The translations under genes and the position numbers were made by a program. From assembly GCA_023958085.1 (NCBI GenBank), contig JAMLGI010000011.1, forward strand, positions 2,904 through 66,903: 64,000 bases of DNA, given 5' to 3'. Under the pieces are notes generated by a model. It saw nothing but the letters and a program-made list of their open reading frames with translations. It searched no databases and was not told where the DNA came from. This DNA is from Solirubrobacterales bacterium (GTDB lineage: Bacteria; Actinomycetota; Thermoleophilia; Solirubrobacterales; 70-9). Shown one piece after another: positions 1 to 8,641 of the stretch. Position 1 is the first letter of the stretch. Each line of letters opens with the position of its first letter.

Positions 1-2000
1 CCGGGATCGCGGTCGGCATGGCCACCAACATCCCGCCCCACAACCTGACCGAAGTGATCGGTGCGGTGACCGCCTACATCGACGACCGCGAGATCGATCT
101 CGCCGGTTTGATGAGCCACGTCAAAGGCCCCGACTTTCCCGGTGGGGGCATCATGGATCCGGGCGGAATCCGCGACGGATACGCCACCGGCCGCGGCTCG
201 GTCAAGACCCGGGCCAGAATGCATTCCGAGCCGCTCAAGGGCGGACGCGACGCGCTGATCGTCACCGAGCTCCCCTTCAACGTGAAGAAGGGCGGCGAAG
301 GCGGCTTCATCGCCAAGATCGCCAGCCTCGTGCGGGACAAGAAACTCGACGGAATCTCGGATCTGCGCGACGAGACCGATCGCACCGGGATGCGGGTCGT
401 TATCGAACTGAAGCGCGGGGCCCATCCGGACGTGGTTCAGAAGAACCTGTTCAAGAAGACCCAGCTTCAGAGTTCCTTCGGGATGAACATGGTCTCGCTG
501 GTCGACGGGGTTCCCCGCACCCTCGGTCTGAAGGACATGATCGTCCACTACGTCGAGCATCAGCGCGAAGTGGTCACCCGCCGGACCCAGTACCAGCTTC
601 GGCGGGCCGAGAAGCGGGCTCACATCCTCGAAGGACTGCTGGTCGCCCTCGACAATCTCGATGCCGTGATCGCCCTGATCCGGGCGTCATCGGATGCCGA
701 CGTCGCCCGCCAGGGTCTGATCGACGAGTTCGAGCTTTCGCGGGAGCAGGCCCAGGCGATCCTCGACATGCGGCTGCAGCGGCTGACCGCCCTCGAGTCG
801 GACAAGATCCGGGCCGAGCATGCAGAACTGATGGAGCTGATCGCGGAACTGCGGGCGATCCTCGGGGACGAGGATCGGATCTACGCGCTGGTCAGGGATG
901 AGCTGGTGGAGCTCAAGGAGGCGCACGGCGACGAGCGACGCACCGAGATCATGCCTTTCGCCGACGTCAGCCTTGAGGACATGATCGCCGAGCAGCAGAT
1001 GGTGATCTCGATGACCAACTCGGGCTACATCAAGCGCCTCCCGGTCGACTCCTACCGCCAGCAGCATCGGGGCGGGGTCGGCGTGACCGGGATGAAGCTG
1101 AAAGAGGGCGACTTCATCGAGCACCTCCGGATCTGCTCGACCCACGACTACCTGCTCTTCTTCACCAACTTCGGCAAGGTGTACCGCAAGAAGGTCTACC
1201 AGCTCCAGGAGGGCTCCCGGACCTCACGCGGCTCGGCCCTGGTCAATCTGCTGCCGTTGCGTGAAGGTGAACGGGTGATGGCGATGATTCCGACCCGGGA
1301 GTTCAAGGAGAACCGGTATCTGGTCTTCGCCACCGCGCAGGGTCAGGTCAAGAAGACCGAGTTCACCGACTACAACACCCGGATCGAGAACGAGGGCATC
1401 ATCGCGATCAAGATCCGCGAGGGCGACGAGCTGGTCGCGGTGCGCCTCACCTCGGGGGAGGACGACCTGCTGCTGGTCTCCAAGTCCGGTCACGCCTCCC
1501 GCTTCCATGAGGACCAGGCCAGGCCGATGGGCCGGGGCACATCCGGGGTCCGGGGTATGAACGTTTCCCAGAAGGGCAACCGGGTGCTGGCCCTGACCGT
1601 TGCCCGGGACGATTCGGAACTCCTGGTGGTCACCGAGAACGGCTACGGCAAGCGGACCGACGTCTCCGAGTATCCGGTCAAGAACCGCGGGACCAAGGGC
1701 GTGCTGACGATCAAACTGACCGAGGCAAAGGGCGGCCTCGCCGGAGCCCAGATCGTCCGGGAGCACCAGGAACTCATGTTCATCACGGTCAACGGCATGG
1801 TCCAGCGGACCGCTGCGGCCGGCATCAGCAAGATGGGTCGGGCGACTCAGGGAGTCAAGACCATGAACGTCCGGGACGGCGACCGGATCAGCGCCGTCGC
1901 CCTGGTGGTCGAGGCTGCCAGCTCAACCGGGAATCCGGACGAAGAGATCCCGGATCAGCCGGAACTGGAACCGGTCGAAACCGAAACAGCCGAAGAGTAG
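1..2000 (+). CDS. gyrA: DNA gyrase subunit A, C-terminal ~660 codons; 5' end lies outside the window
   Basis: The frame of ORF 18..2000 stays open back to nt 3 and reads GIAVGMATNIPPHNL at the window edge. A repeated beta-pinwheel-type C-terminal domain and an acidic tail follow. Confidence 0.95.
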   Translation, partial: GIAVGMATNIPPHNLTEVIGAVTAYIDDREIDLAGLMSHVKGPDFPGGGIMDPGGIRDGYATGRGSVKTRARMHSEPLKGGRDALIVTELPFNVKKGGEGGFIAKIASLVRDKKLDGISDLRDETDRTGMRVVIELKRGAHPDVVQKNLFKKTQLQSSFGMNMVSLVDGVPRTLGLKDMIVHYVEHQREVVTRRTQYQLRRAEKRAHILEGLLVALDNLDAVIALIRASSDADVARQGLIDEFELSREQAQAILDMRLQRLTALESDKIRAEHAELMELIAELRAILGDEDRIYALVRDELVELKEAHGDERRTEIMPFADVSLEDMIAEQQMVISMTNSGYIKRLPVDSYRQQHRGGVGVTGMKLKEGDFIEHLRICSTHDYLLFFTNFGKVYRKKVYQLQEGSRTSRGSALVNLLPLREGERVMAMIPTREFKENRYLVFATAQGQVKKTEFTDYNTRIENEGIIAIKIREGDELVAVRLTSGEDDLLLVSKSGHASRFHEDQARPMGRGTSGVRGMNVSQKGNRVLALTVARDDSELLVVTENGYGKRTDVSEYPVKNRGTKGVLTIKLTEAKGGLAGAQIVREHQELMFITVNGMVQRTAAAGISKMGRATQGVKTMNVRDGDRISAVALVVEAASSTGNPDEEIPDQPELEPVETETAEE

Positions 2001-2045
2001 GGACCAGCCGGGGGCCGGCGGGTCCTGTCCGCGGTTTTTCTTTTG
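2001..2045 (+). terminator. Candidate intrinsic terminator of gyrA
   Basis: Hairpin GGACC-a-GCCGG/ggg/CCGGC-g-GGTCC at 2001-2025 sits directly after the stop. The T-run TTTTTCTTTT is at 2035-2044, 9 nt from the stem, which is further than typical. Confidence 0.45.
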
Positions 2046-2071
2046 ACATTCGCTCCCGCTCGGTGTCAAAA
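2041..2071. other. Perfect 8-bp inverted repeat TTTTGACA-N15-TGTCAAAA; each arm contains a TTGACA (-35-like) hexamer
   Basis: Read directly from the sequence. Function is unknown; an operator or promoter element for the downstream repeat region is possible. Confidence 0.6.
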
Positions 2072-2126
2072 GCAAAAAACCCGGCCACCCGCCGGAAGAA
2101 ACGCCTGTGGTTAACGTTCATCGGCC

Positions 2127-2320
2127 CACCGCTCTCCCCAGGAAAGAGAGCTGGGTACCACCGAACCTTGGCCGTCTCAACGGGATGCCGAGGGGCGGCT
2201 TGGAGATACCGGTGAGCGCGGTCTACCACCCTCTCCAGGAAAGAGAGCAAGGTGCCGACCGGTTCTCCTTGGGTGTGGTGGGTGCCGGGGGGCGTCTTGG
2301 AGATACTGGTGAGCGCAGAG
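2127..2320 (+). repeat. Two tandem copies of a 97-nt unit, non-coding
   Basis: The block GGAAAGAGAG starts at 2141 and 2238. The block CTTGGAGATAC starts at 2199 and 2296. The period is therefore 97 nt, not a multiple of 3. Flanks are conserved and the centre is variable. Each unit can close a helix CACC..TCTCC / GGAGA..GGTG. Confidence 0.75.
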
Positions 2321-2382
2321 TCGGCTCCTTTCATCAGGCAAGCGAGCCGGTTTCGACGGTCCACTTCAGGGTTCAGACAGAA

Positions 2383-2479
2383 GGGGGGTGCGGGGGGGGG
2401 CGGGGGGGAAGGGGGTGGGCCGCGAACCCCCCAAAGACCGGAACCCCCCCCCCCCCCCCACCCCCCCAACCACCACCCC
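2383..2479. repeat. G-tract block (2383-2419) facing a C-tract block (2427-2479): homopolymer-rich inverted repeat and G-quadruplex motif
   Basis: G6-T-G-C-G9-C-G7-AA-G5-T-G3 is followed by C6, C16 (2444-2459), C7 and CCACCACCCC. The block ends 1 nt before the pheA stop codon. Confidence 0.9.
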
Positions 2480-3346
2480 TCAACGGATCGGGTAGGAGCC
2501 GAGTGAGCGCACCCACTCCGCTTTGGCCCGCAGCCCGGCGATGGAGGCGGCCACATCGGGATCGGACTCGGCCCCCTCCAGGTCGATGAAGAATCGGTAG
2601 CGGCCCAGTTCCCGGCGCAGCGGTCGGGACTCGATCCGGACCAGGTTGACCCCGCGTGAGGAGAACTCCTGGAGCGCCTCGACCAGGGCTCCGGGGTGGT
2701 CGGCTCCGAGTTCGGCGAAGGCGAGGGAGGTCTTCCATCTGGAGGCTCCGGACGGGATCTCCTCACCTCCCTCGAGGGTCTCGGTTCGCGGGACCAGCCA
2801 GAGGAACCGGGTCAGGTTCCCGGGCTCGTCCTCGATTCCCTGGCGGAGCACCGTGCCCCCGTAGATCTCGGCGGCACCCGCCGGGGCAATTGCCGCCCAG
2901 GGGAGTTCGGACGCGATGACCTCCCGGACCGCGGCGCTGGTGCTCTCGGCGACCCGCAACTCGGCCCGCGGCATTTCGGAAGCCAGGTAGAGAGCGCACT
3001 GGGCCAGGGGCTGGGGATGGGAGATCACCTGCTCGATCCGTTCAATATCGAGTTCACTTCGGCCGATCAGCGCTGATCGGATCGGGTGGTCGTACTCGCC
3101 CGCGATCCGAACCTGGCCGGCATGCCGGATCAGCCCGTCGAGGGTCGGCCGGACCGATCCCTCGATCGAGTTCTCGACCGGAACCAGGGCCCGTTCCGCC
3201 CTGCCGTCAGCGACCGATTCGATCACCATAGGCAGGGTGTCGAGCGGGATCTGTTCGACCGGCGAGGCAAGGCCGACGGTGAAGCCGCTCTCCCGAAGGG
3301 CCTCTTCGGAGAACGTGCCCGGCGGCCCGAGGTAGGCGACCCGCAC
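2480..3346 (-). CDS. pheA: Prephenate dehydratase (catalytic domain plus C-terminal ACT domain)
   Basis: VAYLGPPGTFSEEA N-terminus, ESRP motif in the ACT region and a ...LGSYPIR C-terminus. GTG start. Confidence 0.9.
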   Translation of the reverse strand: MRVAYLGPPGTFSEEALRESGFTVGLASPVEQIPLDTLPMVIESVADGRAERALVPVENSIEGSVRPTLDGLIRHAGQVRIAGEYDHPIRSALIGRSELDIERIEQVISHPQPLAQCALYLASEMPRAELRVAESTSAAVREVIASELPWAAIAPAGAAEIYGGTVLRQGIEDEPGNLTRFLWLVPRTETLEGGEEIPSGASRWKTSLAFAELGADHPGALVEALQEFSSRGVNLVRIESRPLRRELGRYRFFIDLEGAESDPDVAASIAGLRAKAEWVRSLGSYPIR

Positions 3347-3350
3347 GGTC

Positions 3351-4517
3351 CTACCCGAAGCTGACCGTGTAGGACGCTTCGTTGTTGTCGAGCATCTGCT
3401 CGCCGGGAACGCCCTCGACCTTCACGTCAAGTTGAACCTCACCGGTCGGGGCCGGGGTCAGGGGAATCGAGGCGGTTCCGGTCTCGCCGGCAGCCAGCGA
3501 CGGGATCGACCCGTCGAGGGTGGTTCCGTCAACCGTGACCGACACCTGGACATCGGATTCGTCCGAATCACCCTGGTTCTGGACCTCGACCTCCACCGTC
3601 GGGTCGGTTCCGGCGGGGATCGTGGTCGCAACGCTTGAATCGAGCGGCGTACCGCCGATCGAGACTGTGCCGAGTCCGGTCCCGTGGACCCCGCCGTCGG
3701 TCGCCTCCCGCGGCCCTCCGGCAACTCCGGAGAGCGCCGATTCCACCTCGGAGGGGTCGAGCCACTTGGCCGGTTCCGTGATGAAGGTGCTGCGTGGAGC
3801 CTCGGCGGCGTTGGCGCCGGAGCTGGCGATCGTGTTGTCGATCTGGTGCCGGGTGACCCGGTTGTAGAGCACGTCGGCGGCGGCGAGAACCTGCATCTGC
3901 CCGGCGATCTCCCGGGTGGCCTTCTCCCGGCCTTCATCCCCGAGCGCGGTGCTTGTCTGTTCGGCGATCGTGTTCATCGCACCGGAGCGAAGTTGATAGA
4001 CCAGCGTCAGGGAGTCCTGGGCGGCGCTCATGTCACCGGGGGTGCTCAACTTCTCGACCCGGCTGAGGAAACCCTCCATCGCACCTCGATCGGACTCGAT
4101 CTCGCTGGTGAACTCGGTCACCGAGAGATCCCCGGGATCCGAAAGCCTGGCGATGAACGACTTGCCGAGGGTGTTGGTCTCGTTGACGATCTGGCTCACG
4201 CTGGAGGCGTAGTTCTCGAGCGACCGGTTCTTGCGGGCGTCGAGGCAGCCCTTGGCTCCGAAAACCAGGAGCACCAGGACCAGGATTCCGAGTCCGAGTG
4301 CGAGTCCCCGTCGCATCAGCAGCTGCTGGCGGCTTTCGCCACGGCCCCCGTGCGAGCCGCCGCCCCGTCTTGGCGGTCGCTGCCTGGTCCGCCGGGCCCC
4401 GGCCGGATCCGCCTCGGCCCGTTCGGACTCGTCGAAAGTCCGGGTGCGGTCGTCCGATTCCTCGTTCGGGCTGTCGGACTGCGGGGAAAGTTCGTTGTAG
4501 GGGTCGGAAAAGTCCAT
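3351..4517 (-). CDS. Single-pass membrane protein with an acidic/basic disordered N-terminus and a C-terminal CARDB-like beta-sandwich
   Basis: One hydrophobic helix (LALGLGILVLVLLVF). The C-terminal pattern VEVEVQNQGDSDESDVQVSVTVDG...LAAGETGTASIPL is typical of CARDB-type domains. The gene ends 4 nt upstream of pheA. Confidence 0.65.
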   Translation of the reverse strand: MDFSDPYNELSPQSDSPNEESDDRTRTFDESERAEADPAGARRTRQRPPRRGGGSHGGRGESRQQLLMRRGLALGLGILVLVLLVFGAKGCLDARKNRSLENYASSVSQIVNETNTLGKSFIARLSDPGDLSVTEFTSEIESDRGAMEGFLSRVEKLSTPGDMSAAQDSLTLVYQLRSGAMNTIAEQTSTALGDEGREKATREIAGQMQVLAAADVLYNRVTRHQIDNTIASSGANAAEAPRSTFITEPAKWLDPSEVESALSGVAGGPREATDGGVHGTGLGTVSIGGTPLDSSVATTIPAGTDPTVEVEVQNQGDSDESDVQVSVTVDGTTLDGSIPSLAAGETGTASIPLTPAPTGEVQLDVKVEGVPGEQMLDNNEASYTVSFG

Positions 4518-4675
4518 GATTGCGGGGAGTCTCGAACCGTTTCGGCGCAGTCAATCTATTCCCTTTATCCGGGATGGAACTACGCCGACCGGTCCGTGAG
4601 CGGTGGATCACGCCGGTTCGGCAGCTTACTGCCGCTCGAAGGGTCTGCCGGGCGGGCGCCGAAATCGGTTCCGAG

Positions 4676-6253
4676 ATGGCAGATCAAGTTGTCCTCAACC
4701 GGTTCGAGATCGGCCGGCGCCTCGGTGCCGGAGGCTACGGCACGGTCTACCGGGCCCGGGACCGGCGGCTGGAACGGGACGTTGCGGTCAAGGTGATCGA
4801 GACCGCCTCCTCCTCCGGCCCGCGGATCAAGCGTGAGGCGCAGGCCGCGGCCCGGCTCAACCATCCCGGGATCGTCGCCCTCTTCGAGTTCGTTCATCAC
4901 GAGTACGGACCGGAAGGGGGTCGGGCCTTCCTGGTCAGTGAGCTGGTTGATGGCGAGACGGTGCGCGAACTGTTTGATCGTGATGCCCTGAGCGACCGGG
5001 ACATCGCCGAGCTCGGCGTCGACATCTGCGAGGCCCTCGATCACGCCCACGACCGCGGGGTCGTGCACCGTGACATCAAGCCCGGAAACCTGATCGTTCC
5101 GGATGACGGGAACGGTGCCAAGCTGATGGACTTCGGGATCGCCCGGATGCCGGATCGGGAGGATCTGACCGCGACCGGGGACATCTTCGGGACCCTCGCC
5201 TACATGTCCCCGGAACAGGCCCGGGGTCTGGAGACCGGTCCGGAAAGTGATCTCTACTCGTTGGCGATGACCCTCTACGAGGGTTTCACCGGGGAGAACC
5301 CGCGTCGCGGAACCAGTCCGGTCGAGGTCCTGCGAACCCTGGATCTACCGCCGCCCGAGCTGGGTCGGCTGAGGCCGGATCTCCCGCCGGCGCTCTGCGA
5401 CTCGATCGATGCCTGCCTCGACCCGGAACCGGGTTTTCGCCCCCGGGTGGAAGACCTCGGCCGGGCACTCGAGGCCGAACTCACACACCTTGACCGGGAA
5501 CCTCCACGGGCCGGGCCCGAACCCCGCCGCGCGGGTCCGGGCTTTCGCCCCGGCCGGATCGGGCCGAGCCTGGCCGCGATCGGGATCGGGGCGGCGACCG
5601 CCGCCTGTCTCGCCCTCAGCCACCAGGCCGACCCGCTGACCGTCCTCGTTGCCTTCGGCCTCGTGACCCCGATGGCCCTGTTCAACCCGCGCCTTGCTTT
5701 CCTGACGGCCGGGGTCGGGGTGGCCGTCTGGCTTGCAGGAGTGACCGGACTGCCGGGGGCCGCCTTCCTGCTGCTCATCGTGACCGTTCCGAGCTCCCTG
5801 CTGATTCGTGGAGATGGCCGGGCCCTGGCCCTGATCGGACTGGGTCCGTTGCTCGGTACTGTCGGTCTGGCGCCCGCGGTGGCCCTGCTCGCAGGGTTCG
5901 CCACCGAGTGGCGCGACCGGGCCGTCATCGCCACGGCGACCCTGGCCACAACCGCTCTGGCCGCCGCCGCCAGCGGCCGGCCGCTCCTGCCGGGAACCCT
6001 GCCGGAGGTGAGCCCGGACTGGAGCGGCTCCATTTCGACTGCGACCGTCGAACTGCTGTTCCCGGTGCTGACCTCACCGGCGTTCTACCTGGCGTTGCCG
6101 GTCTGGGTCCTCGTGGCGGTGGTCGCCGGCGGCCTGTTCGGCCGTCGCCGCCGTCATCGGGAGGCCGCCAGTTCACTTGGTCGGCCCTTTGCTGGCGTAG
6201 GATCAGGCAGCATCACCCGGTTGGATCCGTTCGAGAATGAACTTCTTCCGTAA
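4676..6253 (+). CDS. Hanks-type Ser/Thr protein kinase fused to a long polytopic hydrophobic C-terminal region
   Basis: Motifs GAGGYGTVY, VAVK, HRDIKPGN, DFG and SPE. The ATG at 4676 (MADQVVLNRFEIG) is preferred over ORF start 4520. The C-terminal ~230 aa are mostly hydrophobic segments. Confidence 0.85.
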   Translation: MADQVVLNRFEIGRRLGAGGYGTVYRARDRRLERDVAVKVIETASSSGPRIKREAQAAARLNHPGIVALFEFVHHEYGPEGGRAFLVSELVDGETVRELFDRDALSDRDIAELGVDICEALDHAHDRGVVHRDIKPGNLIVPDDGNGAKLMDFGIARMPDREDLTATGDIFGTLAYMSPEQARGLETGPESDLYSLAMTLYEGFTGENPRRGTSPVEVLRTLDLPPPELGRLRPDLPPALCDSIDACLDPEPGFRPRVEDLGRALEAELTHLDREPPRAGPEPRRAGPGFRPGRIGPSLAAIGIGAATAACLALSHQADPLTVLVAFGLVTPMALFNPRLAFLTAGVGVAVWLAGVTGLPGAAFLLLIVTVPSSLLIRGDGRALALIGLGPLLGTVGLAPAVALLAGFATEWRDRAVIATATLATTALAAAASGRPLLPGTLPEVSPDWSGSISTATVELLFPVLTSPAFYLALPVWVLVAVVAGGLFGRRRRHREAASSLGRPFAGVGSGSITRLDPFENELLP

Positions 6254-7010
6254 CATCGAATCCCGGCTTCAGGGGCTGTTCGAGGGCACCTTCAACCGTG
6301 CCTTCAGCTCCGAGGTGCAACCGGTTGAGCTGGCCCGCACCCTGGCCCGGGAAATGGATTCCCACAAGACCGCTTCGGTTTCCCGCGTGTACGTTCCGAA
6401 CGAGTACACGGTTCACCTTTCCGAGCAGGACCGGGAGAAGATCGAGGGGTACGAACGCTCGCTCGAGCAGGAGCTCGCGGGCTACCTGCTGGATCACGCC
6501 CGGCGTCGGGAGTACGACCTGTTGACCCGGCCCAGCGTCAAGTTCAACACCGATGATCGACTTCGGCTGGGGGAGTTCGGGATCGAGGCCCGTCTGGTCA
6601 AACCTCCGGCCCGCGAGGGGGCTCCGCCGAGCCAGGTTGACGAGACCCACACCGCCGTCTACCGGGCCGCGCCGACCGAACCGGAAACGAGACGCACCCC
6701 GGACCCACCGGAACCGGTCGATCTGCCGAGGGCGGTACTCGAACTCGACGGTCAGACCCGCGCCCTCACCGGACCGCGGGTCGTGCTGGGGCGTTCGGCC
6801 GACGCCGACTGCCCGGTCGACGATCCCAATGTGTCCCGTCGACACGCCGAGTTGCGGCAGCGTGCGTCGGGCTCCTGGGAGATCGTCGACCTGAACTCGA
6901 CCAACGGGATCAAGGTCAACGGCCGCCGGGTCGCATCCTCCCGGCTTCAGGATGGGGATCGCGTCACGATCGGCACCACCACATTCGGTTTCGGAACGGA
7001 ACGGCGGTAG
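6237..7010 (+). CDS. fhaA: FhaA-like protein (DUF3662-type N-domain plus C-terminal FHA domain)
   Basis: N-terminus MNFFRNIESRLQGLFEG... and C-terminal FHA signature GRS....D..VSRRHA......D.NSTNG..VNG. Confidence 0.85.
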   Translation: MNFFRNIESRLQGLFEGTFNRAFSSEVQPVELARTLAREMDSHKTASVSRVYVPNEYTVHLSEQDREKIEGYERSLEQELAGYLLDHARRREYDLLTRPSVKFNTDDRLRLGEFGIEARLVKPPAREGAPPSQVDETHTAVYRAAPTEPETRRTPDPPEPVDLPRAVLELDGQTRALTGPRVVLGRSADADCPVDDPNVSRRHAELRQRASGSWEIVDLNSTNGIKVNGRRVASSRLQDGDRVTIGTTTFGFGTERR

Positions 7011-7017
7011 GGGTCGG

Positions 7018-7488
7018 TTGGACTACGAACCGATATCGGTCGCCCTCAAGTTCGCCTTCCTCGGGGTCCTCTATCTCTTCCTCTTCTGGATCGTGACCTC
7101 GGCCCGCCGTGATCTTCGCCTCAACCGGGTCGGTCCCGACCCGGACGGCTCCCCGTTCGACCCGACCGGCCGGGTCGGGGGACCCGGGATGCGGGACGCC
7201 TGGCTGATCGTTGAGCGGTCCGGCGAACTTGATCCGGGGAGCCGCTACGACCTGTTCGGCGGGCTCAGTCTGGGACGTTCGGCCGACGCGGACGTCAGTT
7301 TCAACGACCGTTACGCGTCCGGGATCCACGCAAGGATCTACTCTCGCGGTGGCCTCTACTTCGTGGAAGACATGGAATCGACCAACGGCACCCTGCTCAA
7401 CGGGCGGCCGATCGCGGGCGAGCATGAGGTCGGTGATGGCAGCGTGATCGAGATTGGTGACACCGCATTCAGGATCGAGATCGAGTGA
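7018..7488 (+). CDS. fhaB: FhaB/FipA-like membrane-anchored FHA-domain protein
   Basis: TM helix (ALKFAFLGVLYLFLFWIV) followed by an FHA signature (GRSADADV...SGIHARI...D.ESTNGT.LNG). The TTG at 7018 was chosen because ORF start 6952 overlaps fhaA. Confidence 0.75.
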   Translation: MDYEPISVALKFAFLGVLYLFLFWIVTSARRDLRLNRVGPDPDGSPFDPTGRVGGPGMRDAWLIVERSGELDPGSRYDLFGGLSLGRSADADVSFNDRYASGIHARIYSRGGLYFVEDMESTNGTLLNGRPIAGEHEVGDGSVIEIGDTAFRIEIE

Positions 7489-7534
7489 ACTGCACGAACG
7501 TGACAACGACCGGGACATCGCTGCAGGAGGCTCG

Positions 7535-8641
7535 ATGCTGAGGGTTGCATCCCATTCGGAACGGACCGACGTCGGCCGGCACCGTCAGGCGAACGAGGAC
7601 TCCTACCTCGCCACCTCACCCCTGTTCGTGGTCGCCGACGGGATGGGCGGGGCCCAGGCCGGCGAGGTGGCCTCGCTCTCCGCGGTTCAGGTCTTCCAGA
7701 ACGGCCTGCCCGACGGCAGCCAGGAGGCCGGCCTGGTCGAGCTGATCTCGATCGCCAACCGGACCGTCCATGAACAGGCCCGGGCCGACGCCAACCTCGC
7801 CGGGATGGGGACCACGATCACCGCCGCTGCGGTTGACGGCAAGCGCGACCAGGTGACCGTCGCACACGTCGGTGACTCCCGGGCCTACCGGCTGCGCCAG
7901 GGGATCCTGCAACGTCTGACCAAGGACCACTCCCTGGTCGAGGAGATGCGTCGCCGGGGACAGATCACGGCGCAGCAGGCCGAGCAGCATCCGCAACGCT
8001 CGATCATCACCCGGGCGCTCGGTCCCGAGCCGGAGGTCCAGGTGGACGTCCAGAGCGTCGCCGCCGATCCGGAAGACGTGTTCATGCTCTGCTCCGACGG
8101 CCTGACCACGATGCTCGGTGACGAGCAGATCGCGGACCTGATCAACGGCGCGACCTCGCTGGAAGCGGCAACCCGGGCGTTGATCGACGAGGCCAACCGG
8201 GCCGGTGGACGGGACAACATCACCGTGATCCTTTTCCAGGTCGAGGACCCGCGCCGGCCACTTCGGGCGGGTCGCCCGCTCGGCCGCGGGGGAGTGACCA
8301 GGGCCCGGGGAACCGAGCATCTTCCCCGGCGCAGACTCGGGGTCGTCGCCAAGGTGGTCGCCTCGCTGGCGGTGGTTGCGGTGCTGGTCGCCGGACTCTA
8401 CGTCGCATCACGCCAGGTCTGGTTCCTCGGAACCGACCAGGCCGGCCGGGTTGCGCTCTATAGGGGACTTCCGTACGAGCTGCCGTTCGGACTCGATCTC
8501 TACTCGATTCGCTACTCGTCGCCGATTCAGACCGACTCGCTCGACCAACAGCGCCAGCGGGCGGTGACCGGACACTCGCTGCGCTCGAAGAGTGACGCAA
8601 CCAGCCTGATCGAGGACATCGAGAGCCGCGAGGGCGTGTGA
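7535..8641 (+). CDS. pstP: PP2C-family Ser/Thr phosphatase with a C-terminal TM anchor
   Basis: Motifs RQANEDS, VADGMGG and DGLT...GGRDNITV, then a TM segment. The internal ATG at 7535 (MLRVASHSERTDVG) is used. Confidence 0.85.
   Translation: MLRVASHSERTDVGRHRQANEDSYLATSPLFVVADGMGGAQAGEVASLSAVQVFQNGLPDGSQEAGLVELISIANRTVHEQARADANLAGMGTTITAAAVDGKRDQVTVAHVGDSRAYRLRQGILQRLTKDHSLVEEMRRRGQITAQQAEQHPQRSIITRALGPEPEVQVDVQSVAADPEDVFMLCSDGLTTMLGDEQIADLINGATSLEAATRALIDEANRAGGRDNITVILFQVEDPRRPLRAGRPLGRGGVTRARGTEHLPRRRLGVVAKVVASLAVVAVLVAGLYVASRQVWFLGTDQAGRVALYRGLPYELPFGLDLYSIRYSSPIQTDSLDQQRQRAVTGHSLRSKSDATSLIEDIESREGV

Noticed and set aside
2153-2162. GGGTACCACC resembling the T-box motif (GGGUGGUACC), plus a GGTTTCGAC tmRNA-like 5' motif at 2349-2357
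   Set aside because: The order of the half-motifs is wrong for a T-box and no downstream gene exists on either strand. The tmRNA-like string lacks a preceding GGGG acceptor and any 3' T-arm/CCA partner.
2331-2337. CUGAUGA (minus strand) with a nearby GAAAC, reminiscent of a hammerhead ribozyme core
   Set aside because: Only about 12 nt separate GAAA and CUGAUGA, and both lie in the loop of the GGCTC/GAGCC hairpin. Stems I-III and a cleavage-site arrangement cannot be drawn.
1888-2766. ORFs 1888..2766(-), 2107..2589(+), 2252..2506(+) and 2373..2738(-) covering the gyrA/pheA spacer, rich in poly-Pro and poly-Gly
   Set aside because: They are translations of the G/C homopolymer tracts and the 97-nt tandem repeat, whose period is not divisible by 3. 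They overlap pheA, have no domain-like sequence and are typical shadow ORFs of GC-rich DNA.
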